A DNA stretch of 64,000 nucleotides, from contig NC_092374.1 in the NCBI RefSeq assembly GCF_030028105.1, positions 8,670,998 through 8,734,997 of the forward strand, in the 5' to 3' direction. A program made the translations under genes and the position numbers. The stretch comes from Mobula birostris. Taxonomy: Eukaryota. The notes below the pieces were generated by a model. That model had not been told where the DNA came from, ran no database searches, and saw only the letters and a program-made list of their open reading frames with translations. Below are positions 50,073 through 62,490 of the stretch, in pieces. Each line of letters begins with the position of its first letter. Position 1 is the first letter of the stretch.

Positions 50073-51141
50073 AGGGATTGTCAAATATTCATCTGGGATA
50101 ATATGGAAAAGCAGAGAAAAGCACTGTAGACATTAAGGACAATTATTTGTAATTTTGTTTTAAAAATAAGGGAGTGTTTGAACGCTTGAGTAAAGATATC
50201 ACACGACAATCATTTATGTATTATATACGCTATACACATCCAGAGAAGGTTGTCGAGTACGTCTCCTGGAATGAAAGGGTTAACGTATGAACAAAGTTTG
50301 ATGGCTCGGGGATAGTACTCGCGGAGTTTAGAAGAATGGGCGGGGGATGATCTGGTTGGAACCTATCGAACATTGAAAGGCCGAGAAAGAGTGGATGTAG
50401 AGAGGATTAATATAGTGGGGGTGTCTAGTACCGGAGAGCGCAGCCTCGCGATAGAGCGACGTCCCTTTGGAACAGAGATGGGGAGGAATTTCTATAGCCA
50501 GAGGGTGGTGAATATGTGGAATTCATTGCCACAGACGACTGTGAAGGTCAAGTCTTTGTCTTTACAGTGGACTCGATGCTATCTTAGTGAGGAGAACTCA
50601 GAGGTGGAAATGCATTTATTAGTCTCACTCATTAACTAAAATTAAAAATGAATTATTACATGAATCTTTACATTTTTTACAAGAAAAACACAATTATACC
50701 AAAGGAAAAACAAAATCCACTTTAATGCAGTTGATACACTTTAATAGTGTTGATTCACTGTAGTGCTACACTGTACTGACAGTGCTGTTACAGTAACACT
50801 CATAGCACGCTGGAGGAACTCAGCAGGTCAGGCAGCATCAGTGGAAACGATTAGTCGACCTTTCGGGCCGGAACCCTTCGTCAAAACTGAACAAGGAAGG
50901 GGGGAGGAAGGATTTGAATAATGCTTGTAGGTTCAGTTGAAAGACCAGTAATTTGAAAGACAAAGGGGTGGGGGAGGGGAAGCAGGGATGTCATAGGCAG
51001 GAAAACAATGGGTAGAAGAAGGAGGCGGAACCATGAGGGAGGTGATAAGCAGCCTGGCGAGGGGACAGAGTGAAACAGGGTTAGAGGAAGAGGAGGGGGA
51101 GGGAATTACCGGAAGTTGGAGAATTCTATGTTCATACCAAG
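50073..51141 (+). repeat. Direct repeat B flanking V2 (includes a Penelope scrap, about 50805-51141 minus)
   Basis: Matches copy A at 47842-48731. Confidence 0.92.
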
Positions 51142-51695
51142 AGGATTTATATAGTGGGGGTGTCTAGTACCGGAGATCCCAGCCTCAGGATAGTTCAATG
51201 TCCCTTTGGAACAGAGATGGGGAGGAATTTCTTTCGCCAGAGGATGGTGAATATGTGGAATTGGTTGCCACAGACGACTGTGCAGGTCAAGTCTTGGTCT
51301 TTAAGCAGAGATTGAGATGTTTTTGATTAGAAAGGGCATCAAATTTTACAGGAGGTGGCAGGAGAATGGTTTTGAGAAGGATAACAAATTGGACATGATG
51401 GAATGGAGGATAAGACTCGACCCGGACGTGCACCCTATACCTTATGATCTATGGGCTCACTACAGGTTAAAACTTTTTGTTCAGATGTTTAATTCTTGTC
51501 ACTCTGATCTCTACGTTCTTATTAATATCCTTTTTTTTTCATTCCTTCACACACATGTTAATATCTGTAGCTTTTTCAGTATAAATCTGCTGAATTATAA
51601 ATTCGTCTACGCACCTACAGATTTTAATCAGTCTACATTATTGGTCTATCCCCCTCTGCCTGAGTCTGGATTGACCTCTCTCCCTTTCACTTCAG

Positions 51696-51795
51696 GGACA
51701 GAAGCTTCTGCCGAGCTGATGTTATGCATCCCACTCGGATTGAAAACTGTCGCCCTCTTAGTGATGGGCGCCGTTCTCTACGGTGACAAACTCAG
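51696..51795 (+). CDS. Receptor exon: transmembrane segment with Lys, phase 1-2
   Basis: CCCTTTCACTTCAG acceptor, AG|GTACTG donor; GTEASAELMLCIPLGLKTVALLVMGAVLYGDKL; LGLK resembles the LGFK of the Siglec-15 TM. Confidence 0.85.
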
Positions 51796-52234
51796 GTACT
51801 GTACGTAATAATGCTGAAGGCTCTTGCCATGACGTGACTGAAATCCGATTCACTGAGACAGTCGGTGTGTGTTGGGAATTGTCTCAATTACTCGAGGCGT
51901 CCCTGCCAGTACTTGTCGTTTGCTGTTTGTGGGAATACCGCAGAAAATACTCGTTGCACTCCTGCAGAAGTGTTTGTAGGCTGTTTAGCGTTTTCAGATT
52001 CCTTTCAGATTAAATGTACCCGCTAGATACCCGCTGAATGATAGACAAATGTAAGGATATGTAGAAGCAAATGAGAGAAAACCTGCAGATGCTGTAAATT
52101 AAAGCAACTCACACAAAATGCTGGAGGAACTCAGCAGGCCAAGCAGCATCTATGGAAAAAAGTACAGTCGCCGTTTCTTGCAGAGACCCTTCGGCAGGAT
52201 GAGAGGAAAGGGTTAGAGCATCTGGCGCCCTTTG

Positions 52235-52365
52235 TCAGAAAGTACGTACGCTCTTCCCATATGCACGTCGGTTTCCTCCGGGTGCTCTGGCTTCCTCCCA
52301 CAGTCCAAAAAATTCCGGTTATCAGATTAATTGTTCATTGTAAACTGTCCTGTGATTAGACTAGC
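52235..52365 (+). mobile_element. V-SINE fragment
   Basis: GGTTTCCTCCGGGTGCTCTGGCTTCCTCCCACAGTCCAAA V-domain core. Confidence 0.75.
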
Positions 52366-52369
52366 ATTA

Positions 52370-55300
52370 GTCTAGGTTCCGCTAAGTTTTTTGTTCAGAT
52401 TATTTAGAGTAGAGAGAATGCCAGGCAGGATGTTGGAAAGCTCCTCGTGCAGGATGTGGGAAGTCAGGGAGCCCCCTGGTGTCCCTGACAATGACACCTG
52501 CAAGAAGTGCATCCAGCTGCAGCTCCTGACAAACCGCGTTAGGGAACTGGAGCAGGAGCTGGATGACCTGCGGATCATTCGGGAGAATGAGGAGATTATA
52601 GATAGTAGCTACCGGGAGATAGTTACGCCAAAGGAGCAGAGGATGGGAAATTGGGTCACTGTCAGGCGAGGGAAGAGGAAAGGGCAGGCAGAGCAGGGTT
52701 ACCCTGTGGCCATTCCCCTCAACAACAAGTATACCACATTGGATACTGTTGGGGAGGATGACTTACCTGGGACAAGCTGCAGTAGCCGGATCTCTGGCAC
52801 TGAGTCTGGCTCTGCAGTGCAGAAGGGAAGGGGATAAAGAGGAGAGCGGTAGTGATAGGGGACTCGATAGTTAGAGGTGCAGAAAGGAGGTTCTGTGGTC
52901 GTGACAGAGAATCCAGGATGGTTTGTTGCCTCCCGGGTACCAGGGTCAAGGATGTCTCTGATCGATTGCATGACATTCTGAAGTGGGAGGGTGATCAGCC
53001 AGATGTCGTGGTGCACATCGGTACCAATGACATAGCAAGGAAGAGTGAGGAGGTCCTGGACAGTGAGTATAGAGAGCTTGGTAGGAAGTTGAAAAGCACG
53101 ACCTCGAGGGTGGTAATCTCAGGATTGCTACCTGTGCTACGTGCCAGTGAGGGTAGGAATAGGATGCTCTGGAGGATGAACAAGTGGCTGAGGAACTGGT
53201 GTAGGGGGCAGGGTTTCAGATTTCAGGATAATTGGGACCTCTTCTGGGGGAGGTGGGACCTGTACAAGAGAGACGGGTTACAATTGAACTACAGGGGGAC
53301 CAATATCCTTTCAGGGAGGTTGGTTAGCGCTATTGGGGAGCCTTTAAACTAGATTTGCAGGGGGATGGGAACCAGAGTGCCAGAGCTGACAGTGTGGCTG
53401 GGGTGAAAATAAATGATGTTAAGAGTTCAAGCAAATCCGCTAATAGAAAGGTTGTGAGTGGTGGTAAAAATCTTCTGAGGTGTATATATTTCAATGCTAG
53501 GAGTATTGCGGGGAAGGCGGATGAGTTGAGGGCACGGATTGACACGTGGAATTATAACGTTTTGGCTACAGGAGGGGCAGGACTGGCAGCTTAATATTCC
53601 AGGGTTCCGATGTTTCAGATGTGATCGAGGCAGAGGAATGAAAGGTGGGGGAGTAGCATTGCTTGTTAGGGAAAATATTACAGCAGTGCTCAGGCAGGAC
53701 AGATTAGAGGGCTTGTCTACTGAGTCCTTATGGGTGGAGCTGAGAAACAGGAAAGGTATGGCCACATTAGTGGGATTGTATTACAGACCACCCAATAGTC
53801 AACGAGAATTGGAAGAGCAAATCTGCAGAGAGATAACAGGCAACTGCAGGAAACATAAAGTTGTGGTGGTAGGGGATTTTAATTTTCCATATATTGATTG
53901 GGACTCCCATACTGTTAGGGGTCTAGATGGTTTAGAGTTTGTAAAATGTGTTCAGGAAAGTTTTCTAAATGAATATATAGAGGGACCAACTGGAGGGGAT
54001 GCAATATTGGATCTCCTGTTAGGAAATGAGTTAGGACAAGTGACAGAAGTCTGTGTAGGGGAGCACTTTGGTTCCAGTTATCATAACACCATTAGTTTCA
54101 ACTTGATCATGGACAAGGATAGATCTGGTCCTAAGGTTGAGGTTCTGAACTGCAAGAAGGCCAAATTTGAAGAAATGAGAAAGGATCTAAAAAGCGTAGA
54201 TTGGGACAGGTTGTTCTCTGGCAAGGATGTGATCGGTAGGTGGGAAGCCTTCAAAGGAGAAATTTTGAGATTGCAGAATTTGTATGTTCCTGTCAAGATT
54301 AAAGGCAAAGTGAATAGGAATAAGGAACCTTGGTTCTCAAGGGATATTGCAACACTGATAAAGAAGAAGAGGGAGTTGTATGACATGTATAAGAAGCAGG
54401 GAGTAAATAAGGTGCTTGAGGAGTATAAGAAGTGCAAGAAAATACTTAAGAAAGAAATCAGGAGGGCTAAAAGAAGACATGAGGTTGCCTTGGCAGTCAA
54501 AGTGAAGGATAATCCAAAGAGCTTTTACAGGTATATTAAGAGCAAAAGGATTGTAAGGGATAAAATTGGTCCTCTTGAAGATCAGAGTGGTCGGCTATGT
54601 GCGGAACCAAAGGAAATGGGGGAGATCTTAAATAGGTTTTTTGCATCTGTATTTACTAAGGAAACTGGCGTGAAGTCTATGGAATTAAGGGAAACAAGTA
54701 GTGAGATCATGGAAACTGTACAGATCGAAAAGGAGGAGGTGCTTGCTGTCTTGAGGAAAATTAAAGTGGATAAATCCCCGGGACCTGATAGGGTGTTCCC
54801 TTGGACCTTGAAGGAGACTAGTGTTGGAATTGCAGGGGCCCTGGAAGAAATATTTAAAATGTCGCTGTCTACAGGTGAGGTGCCGGAGGATTGGAGAGTG
54901 GCTCATGTTGTTCCGTTGTTTAAAAAAGGATCGAAAACTAATCTGGGAAATTATAGGCCAGTAAGTTTAGCGTCGGTTGTAGGTAAGTTATTGGAGGGAG
55001 TACTAAGAGATAGAATCTACAAGCATTTGGATAGACAGGGACTTATTAGGCAGAGTCAACATGGCTTTTTGCGTAGTAGGTCATGTTTGACCAATCTATT
55101 GGAGTTTTTCGAGGAGGTTACCAGGAAAGTGGATGAAGGGAAGGCAGTGGATATTGTCTACATGGACTTCAGTAAGGCCTTTAACAAGGTCCCGCATGGG
55201 AGCTTAGTTAGGAAAATTCAGTTGCTAGGTATACATGGAGAGGTGGTAAATTGGATTAGACATTGGCTCAATGGAAGAAGCCAAAGAGTGGTGGTAGAGA

Positions 55301-56340
55301 ATTGCTTCACCGAGTGACCTGTGACTAGTGGTGTGCCACAGGGATCAGTGTTGGGTCCATTGTTATTTGTCATTTATATCAATGATCTGGATGATAATGT
55401 GGTAAATTGGATCAGCAAATTTGCTGATGATACAAAGATTGGAGGTGTAGTAGACAGTGAGGAAGGTTTTCAGAGCCTGCAGCGGGACTTGGACCAGCTG
55501 GAAAAATGGGCTGAAAAGGCAGATGGAGTTTAATACAGACAAGTGTGAGGTATTGCACTTTGGAAGGACAAACCAAGGTCGAACATACAGGGTTAATGGT
55601 AAGGCACTGAGGAGTGCAGTGGAACAGAGGGATCTGGAAATACAGATAGAAAATTCCCTAAAAGTGGTGTCACAGGTAGATAGGGTCGTAAAGCGAGCTT
55701 TTGGTACATTGGCGTTTATTAATCAAAGTATGGAGTATAAGAGCTGGAATGTTATGATGAGGTTGTATAAGGCATTGGTGAGGCCGAATCTGGAGTATTG
55801 TGTTCAGCTTTGGTCACCAAATTACAGGAAGGATATAAGTAAGGTTGAAAGAGTGCAGAGAAGGTTTACAAGGATGTTGCCGGGACTTGAGAAACTCGGT
55901 TACAGAGAAAGGTTGAATAGGTTAGGACTTTATTCCCTGGAGCGTAGAAGAATGAGGGGAGATTTGATAGAGGTATATAAAATTATGATGGGTATAGATA
56001 GAGTGAATGCAAGCAGGCTTTTTCCACTGAGGCAAGGGGAGAAAAAAACCAGAGGACATGGGTTAAGGGTGAGGGGGGAAAAGTTTAAAGGGAACATTAG
56101 GGGGGGCTTCTTCACACAGAGAGTGGTGGGAGTATGGAATGAGATGCTAGACGAGATGGAAAATGCGGGTTCTTTTTTAACATTTAAGAATAAATTGGAC
56201 AGATACGTGGATGGGAGGTGCATGGAGGGATACGGTCCGTGTGCAGGTCGGTGGGACTAGGCAGAAAATGGTTCGGCACAGCCAAGAAGGGCTAAAAGGC
56301 CTGTTTCTGTGCTGTACTTTCTATGGTTTCTATGGTTTCT
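52370..56340 (+). mobile_element. Near full-length CR1, same family as 43076-47192
   Basis: ORF1 52391-53352 with a break near 52835; ORF2 53355-56260 with a 592-aa open segment; (TTTCTATGG)n tail. Confidence 0.97.
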
Positions 56341-57575
56341 ACATCCCTGAGTTGCTGGGTGTCACGACTGGGTGGGGTGCTGTATCTGTAAATAACAAAA
56401 TGATAAGTAATAGATTGTGCTTAGAGAAGACTGACAGGGTGGCATAACATCGAGGGCCGAAGGGTCTGTACTGTGCTGTAATGGTCTGTGTTCCAAATAC
56501 GAATCTAATTTTGATGTGCACAAAAGGACAGGCTGGAACCCAGAAGAAACAACAATACGGGAAAGTCTCGACTCTCCCCATCCCACGTGCACTGGGATCA
56601 GGTACTGCAATCAACCCAGGATGAATATGGTCTCTTGGTCTACAGAAAACTAGTCCATGAGGCGAAATCTCTCGGAGATTTAGCTCTTGACTGAATCTCT
56701 GCAGCCATCTCCCTTAAGAATAATTCAATTTAAATTTTAGCTTATCAACTTCAAACATATTAACACTGAAAAATAATTCAAATGATTTCCATGCCTCTTA
56801 TATCATTGATAATCAGGTTCCTCCTTAAATTACAGCCCGGATCTGTTACTGTCCCCAATATGTTGCATTTACTTAGCTCCTATGAGTTTTGTATCCACTT
56901 CCCTCTCTTCCGGATTCATCCTAAGAAATCTGATAATCAAATGCCTGTGTCCTAGAAATTGATTCACAGCCAGGATTAACTTCACTCTGCCATACATAGA
57001 AGGATTTTCCTCTAGAACGCATATTCCGAGGAATTTCCTGAGCCAGAAGGTAGTGAATCTGTGGAATGTATTGCCACAAATGGCTGTGGGAATCCTGAAA
57101 ACATAGATTGATGGGTTCTTGATGAGTAAGGGCGTCAAAGTTGACGGCGTAAGTACAGGAGAATGGGGTTTGGTAGGGATAATAAATCAACCACGATGGA
57201 ATGCAGAGCAGAATAGAAGGGCTGAATTCAGAAAGTCTGATGATACTTTATATGCTCTTATGGTCTTAATCTAAGTACCATACTATTTTATCAATATTAT
57301 CCTACAGCCTAAGACCATCTTCTTATCAACAACGCGACCTATATTGTTATGTCACTGTAAAGTTTCCAATTGAATAACTGAATAAAAGTTTGGGCTCATC
57401 TCCAGTTTTGTTGTCAAACACTGATACCGACGATAAAATTTATCCTGTGGGAAATCCCATCATGTCTCGATCCAAATCCCTTCAAAAATTATAAGTGAAT
57501 TGGGGAGAGGGAGTCGGATGTACTGTCATTGTACAACGATCAAGGTTCATGTTAACTGTTTTGTTCTGTCCACAG

Positions 57576-57591
57576 AGAGCGACGAGACTGA
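57576..57591 (+). CDS. Receptor terminal coding exon: short cytoplasmic tail (R)ERRD*
   Basis: GTTAAC branch-like site, TTTTGTTCTGTCCACAG acceptor; phase 2 continuation of the TM exon gives KLRERRD-TGA. Confidence 0.6.
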
Positions 57592-58809
57592 TCCACTGCA
57601 GGAGACTGGGAGGACCGGTTTTCTAACCACAAGGTGCAGCTGCCCGTCCGTGTGTGCTTCATCAGCTACCCAATCTGGGTGCGGGCATTTCTAATCTGAT
57701 TTCCAAATGGCTTTCCGATTTTCCCTTCTCTGCATTTTATGGTTTCAGACCCGCTGACATTCAGAGTCTGCCTTGTCCTGTTGGAATTTTATACGCTTTT
57801 ATGAGCTCCTGTTATTCCTCTCAATTCCAGCGACTATGGGGTCAACTGATTTAATCTCTCATCAGGTAACAGCTCTGCTCCGTCGGGATCCTAGTAAACC
57901 TTCACTGCACTCGCTCCCTGATAAATCATCCCAACTCAGACAAATTCGAAACTGCACAAACTTCAGATAGGTTCTCCCTAAGGCCCTGTACAGCTACAGC
58001 GGCATCCTTTCTTCTGTTGTCAAATCAGCTTGTACTACGCCACCCTCAAAGACGGAGGTGTTGAAATTATTTCACTCATCCGGTTCGTTGTTGTTGACTT
58101 TGAGCAACTGGGCATAAATACAATTTTGTCCAGTTGTCCTTTAGTTACATCTTGCCACCTGGGAAAAGACCCGATTCCTTGTCCAATGTGTTAATAGAAT
58201 CTGACGTTTTAAATCCAAAGTTCTTTCAGCGGCGGGAATTGAAGCTCAACGGTTCATCACTGACTGGTTCTCTAAAGCGATGCCACAACCGCGACTCGAC
58301 TATGTCACCCGAAATTTAGATTGAGCCTGGAGCAGGTTAGAAAGTTGGCTTAACATCGTGGGCCGACGGATCTCGAGTGAGCTGTGCTGTTTTATGTTCT
58401 GGATCTTTTGGTGTGAAGGAAACTGGGTCATTCGGCAGCTGGTACCTGCTCTCCTCTCAAATACAAACATGCCTGATCATTTCCTGCAAATCCTGCATAT
58501 TCCCGTACTTTCCAAGATAATCAAAAATATATCGACCTTTGTCCTGAATATTCTCAGCCGCTGGACAAGCATCCAATCGGATCGGTTCGTTTGCGAGAAT
58601 GTGGCGAGTCTGTAGGCAGCCGATCGATCTCACGAGGAACAATTGGGCCTCAGCGGCGCGGCTGGTACTTCCTTCTGGGAGTGGGTTTCGAGTGCGCATG
58701 CGTTTCGTCACGCCAAACCGGGTTCGTCTCACCCGCACTGTAAGTTACGCAGAGTGTATCCTAGTTAACAGCACTCAGTAAAAATGTTTAATCACACCAC
58801 TGTCCTTCT

Positions 58810-59190
58810 TGCTCTACACATACTAGGGAGCAACCACCGTCCAATTAACTGAAGAAATCCAACGGGAACACCATGTTCCACGTGAAGAAATGTTATCTGT
58901 CTTTCACTGGCCTCCTCCTGCTTTGACCCTACCACCTGTTGTGCAATTCTGGGCTGAACGTGCCGAATATGTGGGACCAGAAAACGATCGTGGATGGAGG
59001 CCTCATTAAGGCGGCGGTAAACGCTGCATGGACGGCAACCACTGTTGGGCTTAGGACATTGAGTAGGGGTGAGGTCCAAGGGCTGTTCGACCTGGGTACA
59101 CGCGCTGGTCACCTTTTCTGGGTCCAGTCTACGCGCACAGACATGCACCGGTCAGCCAGTTGTGGAAACGTGGTTCTCGACCCATGCTTT
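58810..59190 (-). mobile_element. Degraded Ty3/Gypsy RT N-terminal fragment
   Basis: ARRLDPEK; RSNSPWTSPL (shifted frame); GCRPCSVYRRLNEASIHDRFLVPHI, equivalent to WRPCGDYRRLN..DRYPVPHI. Confidence 0.75.
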
Positions 59191-60259
59191 CTGATTGGAG
59201 CGGAAAAGGTGGGCGAGGTGGGGTCTGGAAATTCACCCAGCAGCGAAGGAATTCACATGTGCTGGTGCATGAGCTAGACAGACTCGTTGTGGGGAACTTA
59301 CTGCGGGTACAGAGTAACGACCCAAAGTCATCTGCGTCCACAGGCAAACTCTACAAACAGAGATCTGCGTGTGTGTGTGTGTGTGGTGGGCGGGGGGGGG
59401 GGGACTGTTTAAAAATTGGGGCAACTTTGTTTTACAAAAATGTGATGCGTGGATTGAGGCAAACTTTGTTGTTGATCAAATTCTAAGAATACTTTGCTCT
59501 CAGCTCGGCTTCCTGATATCATCAGTTGTAAGTGTCTGTGTTGTGGCTTAACAGTTCCTCGACCTTCTACAGCATGTGAAAAAAGTCAGTATTTCAAGCC
59601 CAGGAAGGAAAGTGCAGCACGCCAGGAGGTCCAAACACTGAGGTGTGAGTGATGAACACAAGTGTTGTCTTTGCAGGGTTTGCAGCCAGTCTCAGGCTGA
59701 GGTACCAATAGCTGATTCATTCTTCACATTAATTTCATCCCAGTAACTGTAAAGCCCAGAGCCTATGGCCACAAACTCGGGAAACATTGAACCAGTCCGA
59801 GATCAGCAGAAATAACTCGACCTCCTAGTGCGATGAACTGAGAGATTTGAGCAGAAAATTCTTTACACGCCAATGGAGAACATACATTGTTGTCTCCAGC
59901 TGAGAAGTGGATGGTCAACAGGATCGTGTTGACTGGTGGAGCAGGGCTGGGCGACCAAATGGCCTACACACGTTAACTGGAGTCAGGCTGGTGGGTGGAA
60001 GGAAGAGGAGGGACTGTTCCTGAGAGGAAAACTGTCGTTGGAGCTGGGGGACTTGTGGGATGAGCTGTGTTGTGGGGGGTGTCTGCTGGATTGAATCTGG
60101 TTTCAAGCGAAGCACTCAGAAAGGCTCCAATTTTCAACTGTAGACACATTTGCGGGCTGTTTCCAGTGAATTTTTAAGTACTGTTTTTATACGCAAGTGG
60201 TGAATTTCACGTGTGCTAAATCGATAAATGTACCTGAACGCATGTGATCTCCGACAACT

Positions 60260-60870
60260 TGTTAATGTGCTTCCATATTCCTTCAAAGTTCAAGGTAAAT
60301 ATATTAATAAACTACATATGTATCACCACGGACTATCCGAAGATTCATTTTCATACAGGCATTCACAGCAGAACAAAGAAATACAATAGAATCAATGACT
60401 GACACATAAACAATGTGCAAAAGAAGGGAAACCTTTGCACAAGGGAGAAACAAACATAAAACAATAGACAGATTATACAGTTAGATAAATGGAGATATAT
60501 AGGTAGGTAGGTAGATGGATGGATGAAGAACGTGATCTATAGGGTCCTTGAAACTGAGTCCATAAATTGTATTCAGTGTTCAGATTTGTGTTAACTTGAG
60601 TGATGTTATTCACAGCGGTCGTGGTAGTTGAAGGGTAATAACTGTTCCTCAGCCTGGTAGTGTGGGACACGAGAGTCATGTATCTGCTTCCCGGTGGCAA
60701 GAGAGAGAAGAAAGCATGTTCTGGATGATGGGGGATCCTTGATGACGAGCGCTGCTTGTAAATCAGCTCAGTGTAGGGGGTGGTGTTGGGTGGGGGCTTT
60801 TCCTGTGATAGACTCCCTGTATCTACCACTTGTTGTTGGCTTTTCCTTTCTTGCACATTGGTGCTTCGTC
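60260..60870 (-). mobile_element. Rex1/Babar-type 3' fragment
   Basis: HHPEHAFFSLLPPGSRY..HTTRLRNSYYP (ORF 60473-60856). Confidence 0.75.
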
Positions 60871-60889
60871 TTAAATATTAGTAGAGGAT

Positions 60890-61330
60890 CATCTCTGGCC
60901 CTCATTTATTGATATAGTTAGATTTGCTTCTTGTTGGTATCTTTCCCATTTCCAACAGACTTAACATAAAAGGGGATCCAAAATAAGATTATACAGATGG
61001 AGAACAAAGGGTTTTAAAGGAGTTTTGTGGGAACGAGAGTTTTCACTTGGAACGTTCATGATGCAATCAGAAAATACCTAAATAGGCAAGGCGTCGAAGC
61101 CTACGCACTTCATGGGGTCAATTGGGATGTGTAGATAGGCGACGTTTTCAGTCCGCAGGACAAACTTTGCTCTGTACAGAATTGTGACAACACTTAAGAG
61201 AAGTTTAAATAAGTACATCGATGGGGGAGTGAGGGTGTTATGGAGGACTATCTTGCATGTTTGAATCAATGATACGAGGCAGAATAGCAGTTTGGTGCTG
61301 ACTATACAACTTCTTTCTAAATCCATCCGA
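60890..61330 (+). mobile_element. CR1 3' fragment
   Basis: Degenerate CR1 C-terminal and 3' UTR sequence. Confidence 0.6.
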
Positions 61331-61439
61331 AGCAGTCACCATGTTTGGCATTAATCCCTGTAACCGCATTGTATTAACTAAAACTTTTAACTTTTTAAAG
61401 TTTGGGAAGGTGAGAATGCGCATTGTGTAAATAACTATT

Positions 61440-61990
61440 AAACTTGCATATCTAACACCCGACTTACATTGGAGTACCGCTTGGTCGATCACCTTCTCTC
61501 CACCTGCCAAAGGTTGGATTTACCTGTTGGAGGAGTAGCATCTTACATTCCGTTTGGCTGGCCTTGCACTTGATGGAATGCATCCCGATTTCTCCAGCTT
61601 CCCGTACTTCCCCCTCCCGTTCCCTCCTCTTCAATTCTCCACTCTGCCACTCCCTTACCTCTCTCATCTCCTCAGCGGCTAATCCCCGTGGTGGCCCTCC
61701 CACTGTGGTTTCCTTTCGCGCATGGTCCACTATCCTCTCTTCGGAGAATTTTATTTTCCTTCAGCAGCCATTTACCTTTTTAATCTATCTCCTCCCTGCT
61801 TCTTACTTCATCTCCCATCGCCCACCCACCTGGCTTCACCTAGCTTCCATTTCTCCTCTGTCTTGTTCTAGCTTCTTCCCCTTTCCTTTCCAAAATGATG
61901 AATGATCTCTGCCATAAATGTCAAATGTTTATTCATGTCCATCGACGCTGCCTGACCTGCTGAATTTCCTCCGACATTTTGTGTGTGTTG
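61440..61990 (+). mobile_element. Penelope-like element 3' fragment
   Basis: LEE*HLTFRLAGLALDGMHPDFS resembles the PLE C-terminus; pyrimidine-rich spacer; GCTGCCTGACCTGCTGA tail. Confidence 0.75.
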
Positions 61991-62199
61991 TAATGAATTA
62001 TTTAGCTGTATCTATAGATGCCATTTGAATTCAATAACTGTTCTGTGTCACTTATTACTCAAAGGGAGGACATCCGGCACATTGCACAATGCTGGCTCTC
62101 AGCGGAGCGGTCCCAGCTATCCCATTCCCTCTCTGTTTACTTGAAACGCGTCCTGTTTCAACAATACCCATTAACTGCCCCCGAGTCTCCTGCCAATCA

Positions 62200-62490
62200 C
62201 ACGGGATAATTTATGTTATGAAATTAACTAATCATCCCACTCATCCTGGGACGTGAGCAAAGAACCAGAATACCTATGGGACACCCACCCACATTCACAG
62301 TAGAAACGTGCAGATTCCTCACACAGAAATCGCCAGCAGCAGTAGTGTCAGTGACGCCAGTTCAATTCACGCCGGGGTTTCTGAGGAGCTTGTTCGTTTT
62401 TCCCGGTACCGGGTGGGTTTTCTCCGGATGTTCTGGTTACTTCCCACAGTTCAAAGGCGTATGGTTCTGAGGATAATTAGACACTTGAGT
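62200..62490. mobile_element. Two head-to-head degenerate V-SINE fragments
   Basis: Minus copy about 62200-62335, plus copy about 62340-62490 with GGGTTTTCTCCGGATGTTCTGGTTACTTCCCACAGTTCAAAG. Confidence 0.55.

Noticed and set aside
57576-57694. Longer tail ESDETDPLQETGR...GHF* from the terminal exon
   Set aside because: It requires a phase-1 junction, but the TM exon ends in phase 2, giving RERRD*; possible only if an unseen exon intervenes.
58939-59486. Plus-strand ORFs as a novel gene
   Set aside because: They are largely antisense to a degraded Gypsy RT fragment and run into a (GT)n tract.
59570-59980. Possible extra cytoplasmic exons (CEKSQYFKP...; EKWMVNR...MAYTR*)
   Set aside because: One implied intron is only about 34 nt, there is no intact ITIM or ITAM, and I see no homology support.
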